A stretch of 61,134 nucleotides of DNA, filler included, from Globobulimina sp. (GCA_003354225.1; 21 parts of 21 records of this genome joined end to end with filler, not necessarily neighbours in it); one strand, 5' to 3'; counted from the whole stretch's first letter, positions 1 through 11,673 are shown. The notes: generated from the letters alone by a model not told the origin. Numbers and translations are program-made.

Positions 1-335
1 GAAATCTAGCAATCAATCCAAGTCGAGCATATTGGTAATATGGCTTCGTGGAACGATTATTTATTCGTGGAACCAATACTTTTTTCTTTTGATAACTCAT
101 AAATTTGCAATCAAAACTAAATTGAATTATGTATTAAACGTATACGCGCATACAATAGAACATACAGCGTATAATGGTTTAATTAATTTGTTTTTTTTAA
201 CAATGCTACAAAATAAAAACAAAGAAAAAGGATAAATTGTGATATATCAATCTAATTAAATGCTTTTACCTGTGAATAACAACAGATCGCAATAAACAAC
301 TGATATATCAAAACAATTAACGTAGATAGAAATAG

Positions 336-2216
336 TCAATATAACTGGAATGATTTTTTTGTAATAACAATTGTATCCGGCAATGTTTCTTCCGATTGTT
401 TCGGTGCCACAGCACAGGCACTCGTATATGAACCACATTGCCACTTTCCATCCTTTCTTGCTTTCATACAAACAAAACAGAAATCGGTCTTACACCCTCG
501 ACATTGCATATGTTTACAGGCATCCACATGAAATATCAACTGACAGCAATTTGGACAGCATCTAATCGACGGCACATTGCCCACGGAACCAACCGTTTTG
601 GTTTCTGCACCTAATAAAATCTCACATAAATCCGATTTAAAGGACGAATCACAAATATGCCCATCGCCCCATTCCAAACCACAACAAAAACAAAATTCAT
701 TCAAATATTTCATCATTACATTCTCCTCTTCGATATAATCAATACCATCACCATCAAACATATGATTTATGGCATCCAATGCTTCATTTTCGTCATCGGA
801 CTCGTCCTCTGAGTCTGAATCATAATTCTGCGCAAACATCGCATTTACATCGTTACCATCGATATCTTCTACAATCTCATCTTCGTTATGCCCTTTTTCT
901 GCCTCCTCTTTTTTTATTTTTATTTTTTTTGTTTCCATAATTTGTATACATTCCTGCGGACATAATGCGCATTTAAATTTAAATTCGTTTTCGATGTCTT
1001 GTACGGTTTTAATCTCATCCAAGGCTTTATTGTTTGCATCGACATTCTTGAAATATAAGGATTCGCAGCGAGGACATTTCTGAAAGTTACCATCGTTTTC
1101 GATCACATTACGCGAGGATAACAATTCTAATCTGGCATAATTTTGCCATTTATGATTCTTCTCATCTTCATACTGTAACACATCTATAATGGATGAATAA
1201 TGCCAGGCGGTATCACATAATTTATCGTTATCATCGCATAAAATGTTATGAGGGCATTTTAAGTGCATATTACTTTTGTCGGTAAAGGTGGACAATGCGT
1301 AGGTATATAACGAATGGCAATTCATTTCGTGACCACATGAAGGCATACGATGTACCAATACGTTACTTTCTTGCGTAATGATATCAAATCCAGGTCGGGG
1401 CCATGTGGGTGGTGGCGGCGGTGATAACTCTTCGTTTTCTGAGTCGGAGTCATAATCTGCAAACATGTCAAATAATTCATTTGTATCATTAACCGGTTCG
1501 GTCTCTGATTCATAATCGGCGTACATTTCAAACATTGCATTTACTGCATCGCCGGTGTACTCACTCTCAGATTCGGAGTCTGAGTCTTCTTCGGGTGGTG
1601 GTTCGGGTGCTGCTTCTTTTATTTCTGGTATATTGTTGAGAGGCGGAATAACTTTATTTTGATCACAAATCGCTAAGGTTAATAATGAATTATTTGCAAT
1701 GTTATAGTCTTGTAATGTGGCCATATTATCTGTGATTGTATGGTGAGAGTATAAAATTAATAAATCATTTTTATTTGGGATCTTATAGGTTTTTTTTAAT
1801 ATTTGTTTTAATTTTAAGATTTCATCTGTGCTTTTTAAGGAGGTTTGTAACGTAACCATTGTGGAGTCAGTGTTGATATTCTCTAATAATTTATATTGCG
1901 ATTTATTGAAGTTTTTTGGACGCGCAATACCTACGAAATGTAATCGTAAACCTCGTTTTTCTCGTTTTTTTACCAGGAAATTATATAACATTGATAATAA
2001 ACCAACGATTGTCGCGATGCATACAGAGATAATTTCTAAATAATAGCTGGTTTCTAATGCAACAGATGTTGATGTCGAGACAGATGCACTTATTTCCAAT
2101 AATTGATCGAAATGACAGATGTCAAAATGTATATTGTTCATATTATTAGTCATGATATTCGTTATGTTGTTCATTTTTTTTGTACAAAGAACGTTGTCAA
2201 TGAAGAGGAAATGCAA
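336..2216 (-). CDS. RBR (RING-IBR-RING) E3 ubiquitin ligase with N-terminal TM segment and ubiquitin-like domain
   Basis: UBL-like segment (LLILYSHHTITDNMATLQDYNIANNSLLTL); RING1 (SCGHEMNC..CPH..C); IBR (CPRC..CALC..FCFCCGLEWGDGHIC); RING2 CPNCCQLIFHVDACKHMQCRGCKTDFCFVC; true start uncertain. Confidence 0.85.
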   Translation of the reverse strand: MHFLFIDNVLCTKKMNNITNIMTNNMNNIHFDICHFDQLLEISASVSTSTSVALETSYYLEIISVCIATIVGLLSMLYNFLVKKREKRGLRLHFVGIARPKNFNKSQYKLLENINTDSTMVTLQTSLKSTDEILKLKQILKKTYKIPNKNDLLILYSHHTITDNMATLQDYNIANNSLLTLAICDQNKVIPPLNNIPEIKEAAPEPPPEEDSDSESESEYTGDAVNAMFEMYADYESETEPVNDTNELFDMFADYDSDSENEELSPPPPPTWPRPGFDIITQESNVLVHRMPSCGHEMNCHSLYTYALSTFTDKSNMHLKCPHNILCDDNDKLCDTAWHYSSIIDVLQYEDEKNHKWQNYARLELLSSRNVIENDGNFQKCPRCESLYFKNVDANNKALDEIKTVQDIENEFKFKCALCPQECIQIMETKKIKIKKEEAEKGHNEDEIVEDIDGNDVNAMFAQNYDSDSEDESDDENEALDAINHMFDGDGIDYIEEENVMMKYLNEFCFCCGLEWGDGHICDSSFKSDLCEILLGAETKTVGSVGNVPSIRCCPNCCQLIFHVDACKHMQCRGCKTDFCFVCMKARKDGKWQCGSYTSACAVAPKQSEETLPDTIVITKKSFQLY

Positions 2217-2483
2217 GGGTTGAGCAAGAAAAAACAGTTAGAGGTTTTTGTATTAAATGATTTGGTTTCTGCATTAAAATAGTTTACATGGAATGGTTTA
2301 TAATATGGAATGTCGAATGGCTTCTACATACTATACTAAGTAAAATTAAGTTATATAACAGCTGCAAACATCATTATAAATATTGCAAAACATTTAATGC
2401 GCACATTCGCAGTTCGGAAAATTAAATCAAAACAGTACATTAATTAAATTGCACACAACTCTCGAATTTTATCGAATAATTAA

Positions 2484-2723
2484 ATGAATCCATTGACAGG
2501 ATCTGAGACATTAAAAGAAATAAGAAACATAATAAAAGCAAATGATTTTTTACTAAATGTAAAAACCGCCGGAAAAGGAAGAACCAAAAAAGTTATTGTA
2601 AAAGAAATAAATGATAAAATAAAAGCATTTAATGATCAACAAAATCAACATTGTGATCGAAAAGATTTAATAAAACAGCAACGAATGCAATTTGAAATGA
2701 CAGATCGATCTTTTATTAAATAA
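2484..2723 (+). CDS. Small basic hypothetical protein
   Basis: ATG-initiated 79-aa ORF in very AT-rich DNA; no recognisable family. Confidence 0.35.
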   Translation: MNPLTGSETLKEIRNIIKANDFLLNVKTAGKGRTKKVIVKEINDKIKAFNDQQNQHCDRKDLIKQQRMQFEMTDRSFIK

Positions 2724-2819
2724 AGAAAATAAATCATTCTATGATATTAAATTTAAAGTGACCCATTACATTAATAAATATAGCCATTTATTTAAAAATA
2801 AGCAAAAAATTAAATTGTA

Positions 2820-2919
2820 NNNNNNNNNNNNNNNNNNNNNNNNNNNNNNNNNNNNNNNNNNNNTTAATTAATTAANNNNNNNNNNNNNNNNNNNNNNNNN
2901 NNNNNNNNNNNNNNNNNNN
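2820..2919. other. Artificial contig linker N44-TTAATTAATTAA-N44; repeated 20 times (starts near 5738, 8656, 11574, 14492, 17410, 20327, 23244, 26160, 29076, 31992, 34908, 37823, 40738, 43653, 46567, 49481, 52395, 55309, 58222)
   Basis: Identical 100-nt spacer carrying stops in all six frames, about every 2.9 kb; contig lengths decrease from 2819 to 2813. Confidence 0.99.
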
Positions 2920-2953
2920 AACCTCCAATCGAATCTTCTCTTTCTAACGTCTT

Positions 2954-3119
2954 TCTTGGGAGAGGGTGGTACAACTTCTTCGGGAGTGACTTTGGGAGAC
3001 AGTAACTCTTGGGGAGAGAGTGGTACAACTTCTTCGGGAGTGACTTTGGGAGACAGTAACTCTTGGGGAGAGGGTGGTACAACTTCTTCGGGAGTGACTT
3101 TGGGAGACAGTAACTCTTG
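2954..3119 (-). repeat. 54-bp tandem repeat x3, probably coding QELLSPKVTPEEVVPPSP
   Basis: Unit ggggagagggtggtacaacttcttcgggagtgactttgggagacagtaactctt; preceded on the minus strand by a T-rich AG acceptor at about 3140. Confidence 0.9.
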
Positions 3120-3271
3120 ACATTTCTCCGATAACTTCCTAAATAAATAAAATTAAAAGTTAAACTTTAAATCACCTTATACAATTATTATAATACGTCG
3201 ATTTGTTTGAAAAGTCAGATTTTTCTGTATACACAGTTCTTAGTACCCAATACATAACACCATAGGAATAC

Positions 3272-3925
3272 CTACTTTTCCTTAACTTGTAATACTACAT
3301 CATAATGAGCAGGACCATGCCGTAGATAAATAGCTTCGTACGCTTTTCCGTCTTCAGGAAAGTTAGTCTTAAACTTTAGCCAAACATCCTTCGTTGGGTC
3401 GACATTGATCATATATGTGTAAATGTCAGTTCTTAATAGATCGGCAAATGCACCTATTTCTTTATCGGATCCCCATCTTTCTGTCTGAGACGGATTCGTG
3501 GCAACACATCTCTTTCGTCTCAAGTACTCCAGCAGTGGAAACTGTTTACCGAACAATTTCTTAAACCGAATTGCATGAAGTTCCATATAATCGCAAACCA
3601 TTCTGCGCAATTGACCATGATGATCAGGTAATCCAGATGTTGCATATGAAATGCTCGTATACAGACAATTGCCATCTCCATCAACCTCTTGAAATTCAGA
3701 TGGAATACATTCACTCAACGATTTAATGTCAGAATTCTGGCCGGGACATTTTCTATCCAACTTATGCAACTGTAAGTCTTTGCATTTAGTAATACGCCAT
3801 TCAAGGGATACAGGAGAATATTCGGGAAGAGGTACCGAATAGCTACTTTCATCAATCGCGAAGCCGGAACTCTTTTCACCAATCGCGAAGCAGGAACTAT
3901 TTTCACCAATCGCAAAGTCGGAACT
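3272..3925 (-). CDS. OTU-family cysteine protease/deubiquitinase exon of a multi-exon gene (further exons probably to about 5220 and down to 2920)
   Basis: VDGDGNCLYTSISY, WGSDKEI and HYDVV OTU motifs; the reading frame extends upstream through the 27-bp repeat. Confidence 0.85.
   Translation of the reverse strand, partial: SSDFAIGENSSCFAIGEKSSGFAIDESSYSVPLPEYSPVSLEWRITKCKDLQLHKLDRKCPGQNSDIKSLSECIPSEFQEVDGDGNCLYTSISYATSGLPDHHGQLRRMVCDYMELHAIRFKKLFGKQFPLLEYLRRKRCVATNPSQTERWGSDKEIGAFADLLRTDIYTYMINVDPTKDVWLKFKTNFPEDGKAYEAIYLRHGPAHYDVVLQVKEK
3847..3925 (-). repeat. 27-bp tandem repeat x3 (SSxFAIGEx) in frame with the OTU exon
   Basis: ttttcaccaatcgcgaagcaggaacta-like units. Confidence 0.8.
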
Positions 3926-5286
3926 GTAAACGTTTGTGGTAATAATAATAATAATAATTCATCAACTGACTTTTCAGACAAAATCAACTTGTATTTGCAC
4001 TTTAAATAAAATTTATACCTTTGTAGATCAGCTTCAAATACGTCATCTGATTCTCTTGTACTTGTTGGTGAAGGGTCAACATTACGAGATACATTTTCTG
4101 TTACACTAAAATATACATACTGTAGCTTTGAACATGAATAAATTCTCCTTTTCATACCTGCTGACTGATTGGTTGACTGGTGTTGCTGCTATCTTATTCT
4201 CATCAACAGGTGAACGTGCAAATAAATGTAGTGGTGATTGGTCGACCGGTGATGTTGACATAACGTTTTTTGTTTCGTCTCCGGTATTGAGAGGGGGTGA
4301 ACCGGCAAACAACAATGGTGTCTTCTCATCTGTGGCAACTACAGACTCAGACTGGCGGCTAAAAAGGAGACTATTAATTAGTTACACAGTACGGAATGCA
4401 ATACATTGGGGGGAGGTTACACCTATGATTTAAACATACCCAGGACTTCGACCATCAACAATAACATCCATTTCCAATTCATCATCGCCATCGTCTATTA
4501 CATCAACACTGTCTTGTCTTGTCTTTTGAAGAGTGAAATTCATTCCTTCCCAATTAGCATGATCATTCGTTACGGCAATCCTAAAGAAAGGCTAATTACA
4601 GTCAGGGAACTTACGATAGGTATGGTACTTGATCCATGGTTCCATATTTATGGTACCCCACGTGAGTGAATTTGCAAGGGTACCATATGGTACACCTTTC
4701 AATAGTATAGATAATACTTACTCGCTCTTTTTAGCTATGTCTCCTGAAGTTGTGTTATCAATTGCATCAGAATGTGTTTTCAACTTCTGAAATAACTGTT
4801 CAAGAAAAGGGGAAGTTGTTTGGTCCAGAGTAACTTGTATAAACATGTGCAACAACTTTGAGTTTTCGGTGGTGTACAACAAGTGTTTCGCAAGTTCAAC
4901 TGAAAAAATCAATTATGTAGGTATATAAACTTTTAACATCTTCGTGTACTGTCGTAACATGCGCATGTGTGCAGTCGTTGGGTCAGGGTCACAAAAATGT
5001 ATACCTGTATCATCAAGAACAAGTGCACTAACGCAATCCATAATCCAACATCCTTTGGGTGTCACGGTAGAGATAATGTGTTTCTGAATTTGTCTGTCCA
5101 TAAGACTGTTACCATGCAGTATACTGGACTGACCTTTTGAAGAGGATTTCGAAACAATATTATCGCTCTTCAAAGTTAAAAGGGTAACATATTCAACATC
5201 ATCACGAAAACCAGACCAGTCTAAAAAATATACAATACAAACAAGGTGTTGTTAGGTCGATTTGGCTGAAATTTTAACCAGTGTAG

Positions 5287-5696
5287 TAGAGATGAGAACG
5301 GGCCGATTTTACGCGGCCCGGCCCGGCCCGTGTTTTCATTTTCTCGGTCCGGCCCGGCCCGTAAAATTTTTTATCGAAAATTTCGTGTCTAGACCTTCAA
5401 ACGCTGCTCCTCACTGAACTTCGCTGGCAGGGAGGTTTATGTTGGGCTCCAACAACGTTTCACATACTTTTACATAACGTTTCACTGCTTTTGGTGAAAT
5501 TTAGTACTTACAGAAAAATCATTTTTATGGACGGGCCGGCCCGGCCCGGCCCGACCTTCCCAAAAGTGCGGCCCGGCCCGGCCCGGCCCGTCGGAAAAAG
5601 GTCGACGGGCGGCCCGGCCCGGCCCACGGGCCGGGCCGGGCCTGGGCCGGGCTGGGCCGGGCCGGGCTGGGCCGGGCCGGCCCGTTCTCATCTCTA
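5287..5696. mobile_element. 410-bp non-autonomous DNA transposon (MITE), hAT-like
   Basis: Perfect 19-bp terminal inverted repeats TAGAGATGAGAACGGGCCG/CGGCCCGTTCTCATCTCTA; arrays of subterminal GGCCC repeats at both ends; no clean 8-bp TSD. Confidence 0.8.
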
Positions 5697-5837
5697 CCAG
5701 CCAGCAAATCGAATAGAAAGGGTTATGTTTTTTTGTCNNNNNNNNNNNNNNNNNNNNNNNNNNNNNNNNNNNNNNNNNNNNTTAATTAATTAANNNNNNN
5801 NNNNNNNNNNNNNNNNNNNNNNNNNNNNNNNNNNNNN

Positions 5838-6818
5838 ATGTTACGCCTTGTTGATTCTACTGACGAGCTGAAGAATACTCTCCAATCCCTGCAGTAATTG
5901 CTAGTTTTAGGTGTAATGGGATTAATTTGCTAATATAGGAAGTAATGCCAAATATGGAAGCTAATAAAAATATGCATCCTTCCAACAGCGTCGCCAATAA
6001 TGCTGCCTCATATTTGAGCTTTTTCGGGTCTGAATATGTCCCAACGACCGTATACACGAAGTACGCATTCATACCCATACCAGGAGCCAAAGCAAAGGGT
6101 TGATTGGCCACTATGCCCATTATGAATGTTGATATGCAGGTCGATGCTGCAGTGGCTGTAATCAGTGATAATCTCAAATCGTGTAAACAGGGATCTAATA
6201 TAACTGAAATCGAACAAAAATCTGAAGATGATGGTGAAGAAGTTGTTGGTGGAGATGTTGGACATGTTCCTCCTGTTTGGGTCAGCATGCTTGCATTCAC
6301 TGCTAATCTGTATGGATTTGTATATATATAAATATAAATATTCCGAATATGTAAGTACAGAAATGGAATACGCCTTTTTTATGGTTTACATGTATTTATA
6401 ACTAGTACTGCAACATAAATAACATATAATTGGTTTTTATAGCTATAATTGGCTCGGAATTAATGTTTTATTTATAATCAATTTATGTTACACATACAAA
6501 CCAAAGAAAAGCCATATCATTTTATGTCAACGGGTATATATCAATTAACATGTATGCCATAGTAACATAGTCTGCAAATGCAGCCTTTAATTCTGTCTTC
6601 CATGAACCACTGGGATTCCGTTCATCCAATTTAAAATATTTTTCAATGCAGTCTGTGAATCTGTGAAAGCATCGAGGCAAAGAGAATGAACTCTCACTCG
6701 ATATTGTTTTGCCTGATTGAGAATATGTTAATGGCAAAGAATCGACTGTTCCATATACTTCTATTAATTGATTACGAGTTATCAATTGATTGCGGCTTAG
6801 TAGAGCTTTTTCATCCAT
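5838..6818 (-). CDS. azgA: Adenine/guanine permease, AzgA/NCS2 family (3'-truncated; intron 6308-6549)
   Basis: Splicing restores MAYILAVNAS; motifs MGIVANQPFALAPGMGMNAYFVYTVV and IPLHLKLAITAGIG. Confidence 0.9.
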
Positions 6819-6942
6819 TTAAGTCTTAGCAAAATGACGACTTCGCCTGTGTATTACGTTTATATCTGAGCATAGTAAAGGTTACAGTTTTCAACCTAAA
6901 AACATTCATTCTCATTTTCCCATTCGCGTAAGCATCCAGGCC

Positions 6943-7043
6943 AATTTTGGGCGCGCCTGAAACTTTGTAAATGTTTGGTAACGATGCATCATATGCTCTA
7001 CAAATATATGGAGAAAATACTGATTGGTTTCAGTTTGTATTTC
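6943..7043 (+). repeat. About 100-bp dispersed direct repeat, copy 1
   Basis: aattttgggcgcg..tgaaactttgta..catcata.ctctacaaatatatggagaaaatactgattggtttcagt recurs at 8252-8367. Confidence 0.85.
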
Positions 7044-7403
7044 ATCAAAAATATTGTTTGGATTCTCATTAACTACGTTAACAGTTAATCCCTATATCAG
7101 CAATTTCCATTGCGGTGATCTGATGATCACTGCTGTCAACTATTGAGCTAATTTATTGTGGTGACTGCAGTGTATTGTAAAAAATTAGTAGCAGCAAATG
7201 ATGTATTAACACAGAAACATTTAATTTTTTGAATTTGATTATTTTGGTGAATCGCGCCCATTAAGTGATAACTTTTTCTGACTTTAAAATGTATGAATAT
7301 ACGCAGGATATGATGGATAAAATAACAATGACAATAGTTACACTGAATTGTATTTAATTAATCACAATCCCAAGACAACAAAATCAATTTGGCGAAAACA
7401 GAA

Positions 7404-8091
7404 TCAATTTCCTCCACGTAATCGTTTTACTAAATGTAACGTTGCTTCTTTATTGATATTATAATCACTTAAAAGCCTTCCTCCTTCCAATTGTTTTCCT
7501 GCATAAACTAAACGTTGATCCTCTCGAAGTATTCCCTCTTTGTCTTCAATCAAACCTTTAATATCAGAAACAGTGTAATTCTTTGCAACATTTAAAGTGA
7601 CCGTTTTTCCTGTTAATGTTTTAACAAATATTTGCATATTTGGTTTTGGTAAAATTCTTAGTTTCATTGCTGCAACTTTTGCATTTGTTGCTTGTACAAT
7701 TTTGGCATTTGGATCCTTTTTTGCTGTGCATATAAAAAAAAAAGATGTTGTGTAATTTTTGTTTTTTGTATATAATCACATAACTTGTAACATTCACATA
7801 GCTTGGCATACTGCAACCAATTTCAGTCCAAATAACAGCTCTAATAATATATCTGGTGTTCGATTTAAAACCTCCGATGGTATATGGATGAGATTGTGCA
7901 TTATAAGGAGTTCTCAACATAGCATCCCAGAGATTAGTATTTTCCCTTTTGTAATCTATAACATATTCCAATATTCTGCCGCTTGACGCATCGTTGCTAT
8001 TCTTGCACAACGAAAAAGTCATTGCATTTTTGGTAATATTCGATACATTGATTTTTGGCGGTAATAGAGGTGAACCTGATTGTTGAGCCAT
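7404..8091 (-). CDS. Fibronectin type III domain fused to a C-terminal ubiquitin (intron 7724-7784)
   Basis: Exon 1 is FN3-like ([38 protein letters not shown]); the GTTATG..CAG intron joins it in frame to [11 protein letters not shown]...LRGGN. Confidence 0.8.
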
Positions 8092-8251
8092 AATGTTAGT
8101 GAATTCGAAGTTGATGTTTTTGCTTGAAACATGTCTTAACGATATATTCCATTGAATAAGAAAGAAAACGGCACAACTGAAGAAAATATTATTTTAGAAG
8201 AAAACAAAAAATCGGTTATCATTATTATAATTCAAAGAAAATCATCATGGT

Positions 8252-8367
8252 AATTTTGGGCGCGAATGAAACTTTGTATATATTAATTAACCCATAAACA
8301 TAACGATACATCATATACTCTACAAATATATGGAGAAAATACTGATTGGTTTCAGTGTTTGTATTTC
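8252..8367 (+). repeat. About 100-bp dispersed direct repeat, copy 2
   Basis: Near-identical to 6943-7043. Confidence 0.85.
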
Positions 8368-9392
8368 TTCAGCAATGTGCTCTGGATGGATTGTTTAATT
8401 TTGTAAACGCATCCCTGACATTCCCTGTATCACAACCAATGACATACTTTCCCGATTTCAACCATGATGCAAAATTCTAAAATATGTCTGGATCAACATT
8501 GCATGGACATAATTCAGATCCCTGTATCGCAACTAGTGACCTACGTACTTTTCTGATTTGTGATGTGATCTGATCTTATATGTTTTTACACTTTTTAAAT
8601 ATTAAAGTATAACAATAATAAATAGACACTGTCACTGTGTAACGAGTAAAATGAGNNNNNNNNNNNNNNNNNNNNNNNNNNNNNNNNNNNNNNNNNNNNT
8701 TAATTAATTAANNNNNNNNNNNNNNNNNNNNNNNNNNNNNNNNNNNNNNNNNNNNATGCCCGAAATTATTGTTGAAACCCAATCTTATTTTATCTCAAGA
8801 AACTGTATATCATATTGTTTTTTACTTCCAATAAATCTGCAGCAGACTAAAACTTATCAAGATTGTTCGTACAGCTTTCCTTATGTTTCAAAGCAGCATA
8901 ATGTGTGATTTATTCATAGGGAAATCTGACAATGGCTAACTTTTACATAGTATCTGATTGATACAATACACGCAGGTTACAACAACGTAAAAGTCAAGCA
9001 AAATGACGAAAGAGTTAGTGTGCTCATAAACGCCATAAAGTAACTCAAGTTCAAAAAGATTAGTTAAATTGTTTTTTAATCTCAAGTTTAATGCAATTTG
9101 ACTTTCCGTCGAGGATGATACAGTGTCATCACAGCATTATTATGATGACAAACGGTGTGTACATAAACACTAAACACTGGATTTATTTATGGCGCCATTA
9201 CTTGCATATTATGGCATGAATACATATGGAAAGAAAAACATATTCATTACCTCATTTAATTTGCAGTGGATATAATATAATATAATATAAAGTCTTTCAG
9301 AAAAAGAATATATTATATTAGAAAATCATTTTATGACAAAAAAAGAAGTAATAAATTAAGTTTAATTATTTACACCAAAAAAGAAATAAATA

Positions 9393-11573
9393 TTAATCAC
9401 TCTCTCTCTCGTTATCTTCTTCACCGTTATCACTTTCATCATATTCATCATCATCATCATCAAAATCATTTGGATTCAGTAATATCTCTTTTGTGATACC
9501 TCGAAAAAATGAAATATAATTAAATTTATCCTCATTTGCTTTGATATTTGCGTCATATTTCAAATAAACAAATTCTAAAATTCTTTTAATTAAATCAATT
9601 TGATGCATTTCAAACTTTTTCTTCATTTTTTCAATGTGTTTCTTGCTTTGATTTAAGATCTCTTTGCATTCATTTTGCGATTCTGATAATTGACAAGAAA
9701 TTGTTTCTAATTTTTCCTCAAATTTATTATTGACACTTTCTAAATTTTCAATACTTTGGTTTTTCTCTGCAATTAAGAGCTTTTTCTCTTTTTCTTGTCT
9801 ATTTTCTTCCTTTTCTTGTCTTTGATGCATGTCATCCTTTTCATTGAGCTTAGTTTCTAATAATTTAATTTCAGAAATATATTTTTCATTATTATTGCTT
9901 AAATTTGTTATATTTTCATCGGCGAATCGCAATTCGGACTGCGACTCATTCAAAGTTGTCAATAAATTGTTTAATTTTTCTTTTATGGACAGATTTTCCA
10001 ATTTTATGCTTTTTAAATCGTTTAAATTTTTGAAATTTTCTTGTTTTAATAAATTTAAATCATTTTTAATTTGAATATTTTCTTTTCTTAACGTCAGTGT
10101 TTCGTCGTGAGTCGAACTCATTGATTTGTATTGTTCCTCCATTAAATTGTTATTCTTTTCCAATAATTTATGATTTTTGCTTTTCAATGTATTGATTTTG
10201 ATGTTTAATGTCTGAATCTCCAATTTCTGCGTCGATGCAATGCTTTTACTCTCAGATAAATCATCACAAACATCATTTAAACACAATATGACGTCGGATG
10301 CCGATATCTTACAATACTCATTTTCATTCTTTTTGGGGGCCACACTGCGGAGATAACGCAACTCACCGCAAATATCCTCCAATTTGCAATGCAATGATGA
10401 TAATGTTATTGTTATTGGTATTGGTGCTGCCATTGCTGCCATTGCTGGCATTGCATATTGTTGTTGTTGCTGTTGCTGTTGCTGTGGTGGTGGTTGCTGT
10501 GGTGGTGGTGGTTGGTAATAATTATTATTATTATTTCCTTCATTAATATTCATATTCATCTCAGGAGAGGCAACCTGAGGATGAGGAGGAGGAGGATGCG
10601 GTGCAATAAGTGTGGCTAACATGGCCCCGCCAGCCGTAGCAGATAACCGCGCCATTCTTTCTTTTGTGGATTGATTTGTATTAATATCATCAGTGGGAAT
10701 GGGTTGTCTTTGTGTTTGTGTTTGTGGCGTTTGTGGGGTTGGTGTTATTTGTGGTGGTTGCGGTGAATTGCAATTATTTGTTAACTTATTTATGGATTTA
10801 ACAACAATTTGAATAATTAATGGAGAGTTTGGTGGAATATTAAGTGTTTTGTTGCCTTTTTGGGCAAATCCATAATGTGAAGAAGCAATAATTAATTTTT
10901 TCATATTTAATTTTGTTGGCTTCAAAGCCTTTGCTAAAGCGGGTAATATTTTGTTTTCTGAGTTTAATTTTAGGATTTTTTCAGAATTAAATACCATTTC
11001 TCCTTTACTGAATGGGTGATTTGCTGCGTCACACAGCCAAATCTGCAAATTGCTGTTAATCACATCGCCGTCGCCATCGTCACCGTCACCATCATCATCA
11101 TTAGCAATGTCGTTTAAATCTTGAATAATAATATTTTTACTGTTATTAAATGGGATAATTTTGGGTATTTTGCTCATTACGATGGCAGTAACAAATTTTT
11201 CGAGCAATGTTTGCTTTGGGAATCGCATTGAAAAATAATTGGATTTCGAGTCATAAAAAGCAATGTAATTCTTTGCTAAAACATTTAGTATGAAATTGGA
11301 ATGGATGGTGATGGAAAGCAATAGTTTGCGACTCTTTATTTCGTAGCAAATTAAGCAAAAACTATTGGAATTATTATCAGTGTTTGCTACGATGGCTGCG
11401 CCTTTTTTGCCCAATTCGATAGGATTTGAATTTTCGTATCGATATAATATGACAACAGAGGCTACGATTGGACCATTATTTGACTTATTTCGTTTTTCGT
11501 CATTTTTTACTGCGAATGCCTGAGTTGCGGATTTATCCTCATAACTCAATGATCAATTTGATGAAGAAAATTG
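9393..11573 (-). CDS. FKBP15-like protein (PH/WH1-like N-terminus, degenerate FKBP domain, Pro/Gln-rich linker, long coiled coil); 5' end uncertain
   Basis: FKBP C-terminal motif YGFAQKG..IPPNSPLIIQIVV; KERMARL motif; heptad-rich C-terminus. Confidence 0.7.
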
Positions 11574-11673
11574 NNNNNNNNNNNNNNNNNNNNNNNNNNN
11601 NNNNNNNNNNNNNNNNNTTAATTAATTAANNNNNNNNNNNNNNNNNNNNNNNNNNNNNNNNNNNNNNNNNNNN

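Noticed and set aside
2864-2875. Periodic TTAATTAATTAA palindrome as a biological element
   Set aside because: Always embedded in N runs; it is an artificial six-frame stop linker
2954-3119. Possible CRISPR array
   Set aside because: Head-to-tail 54-bp units with no unique spacers; length is a multiple of 3 in a eukaryotic exon context
5482-5793. Gly/Pro/Arg-rich ORFs on both strands
   Set aside because: Shadow ORFs of the GGCCC arrays in the MITE
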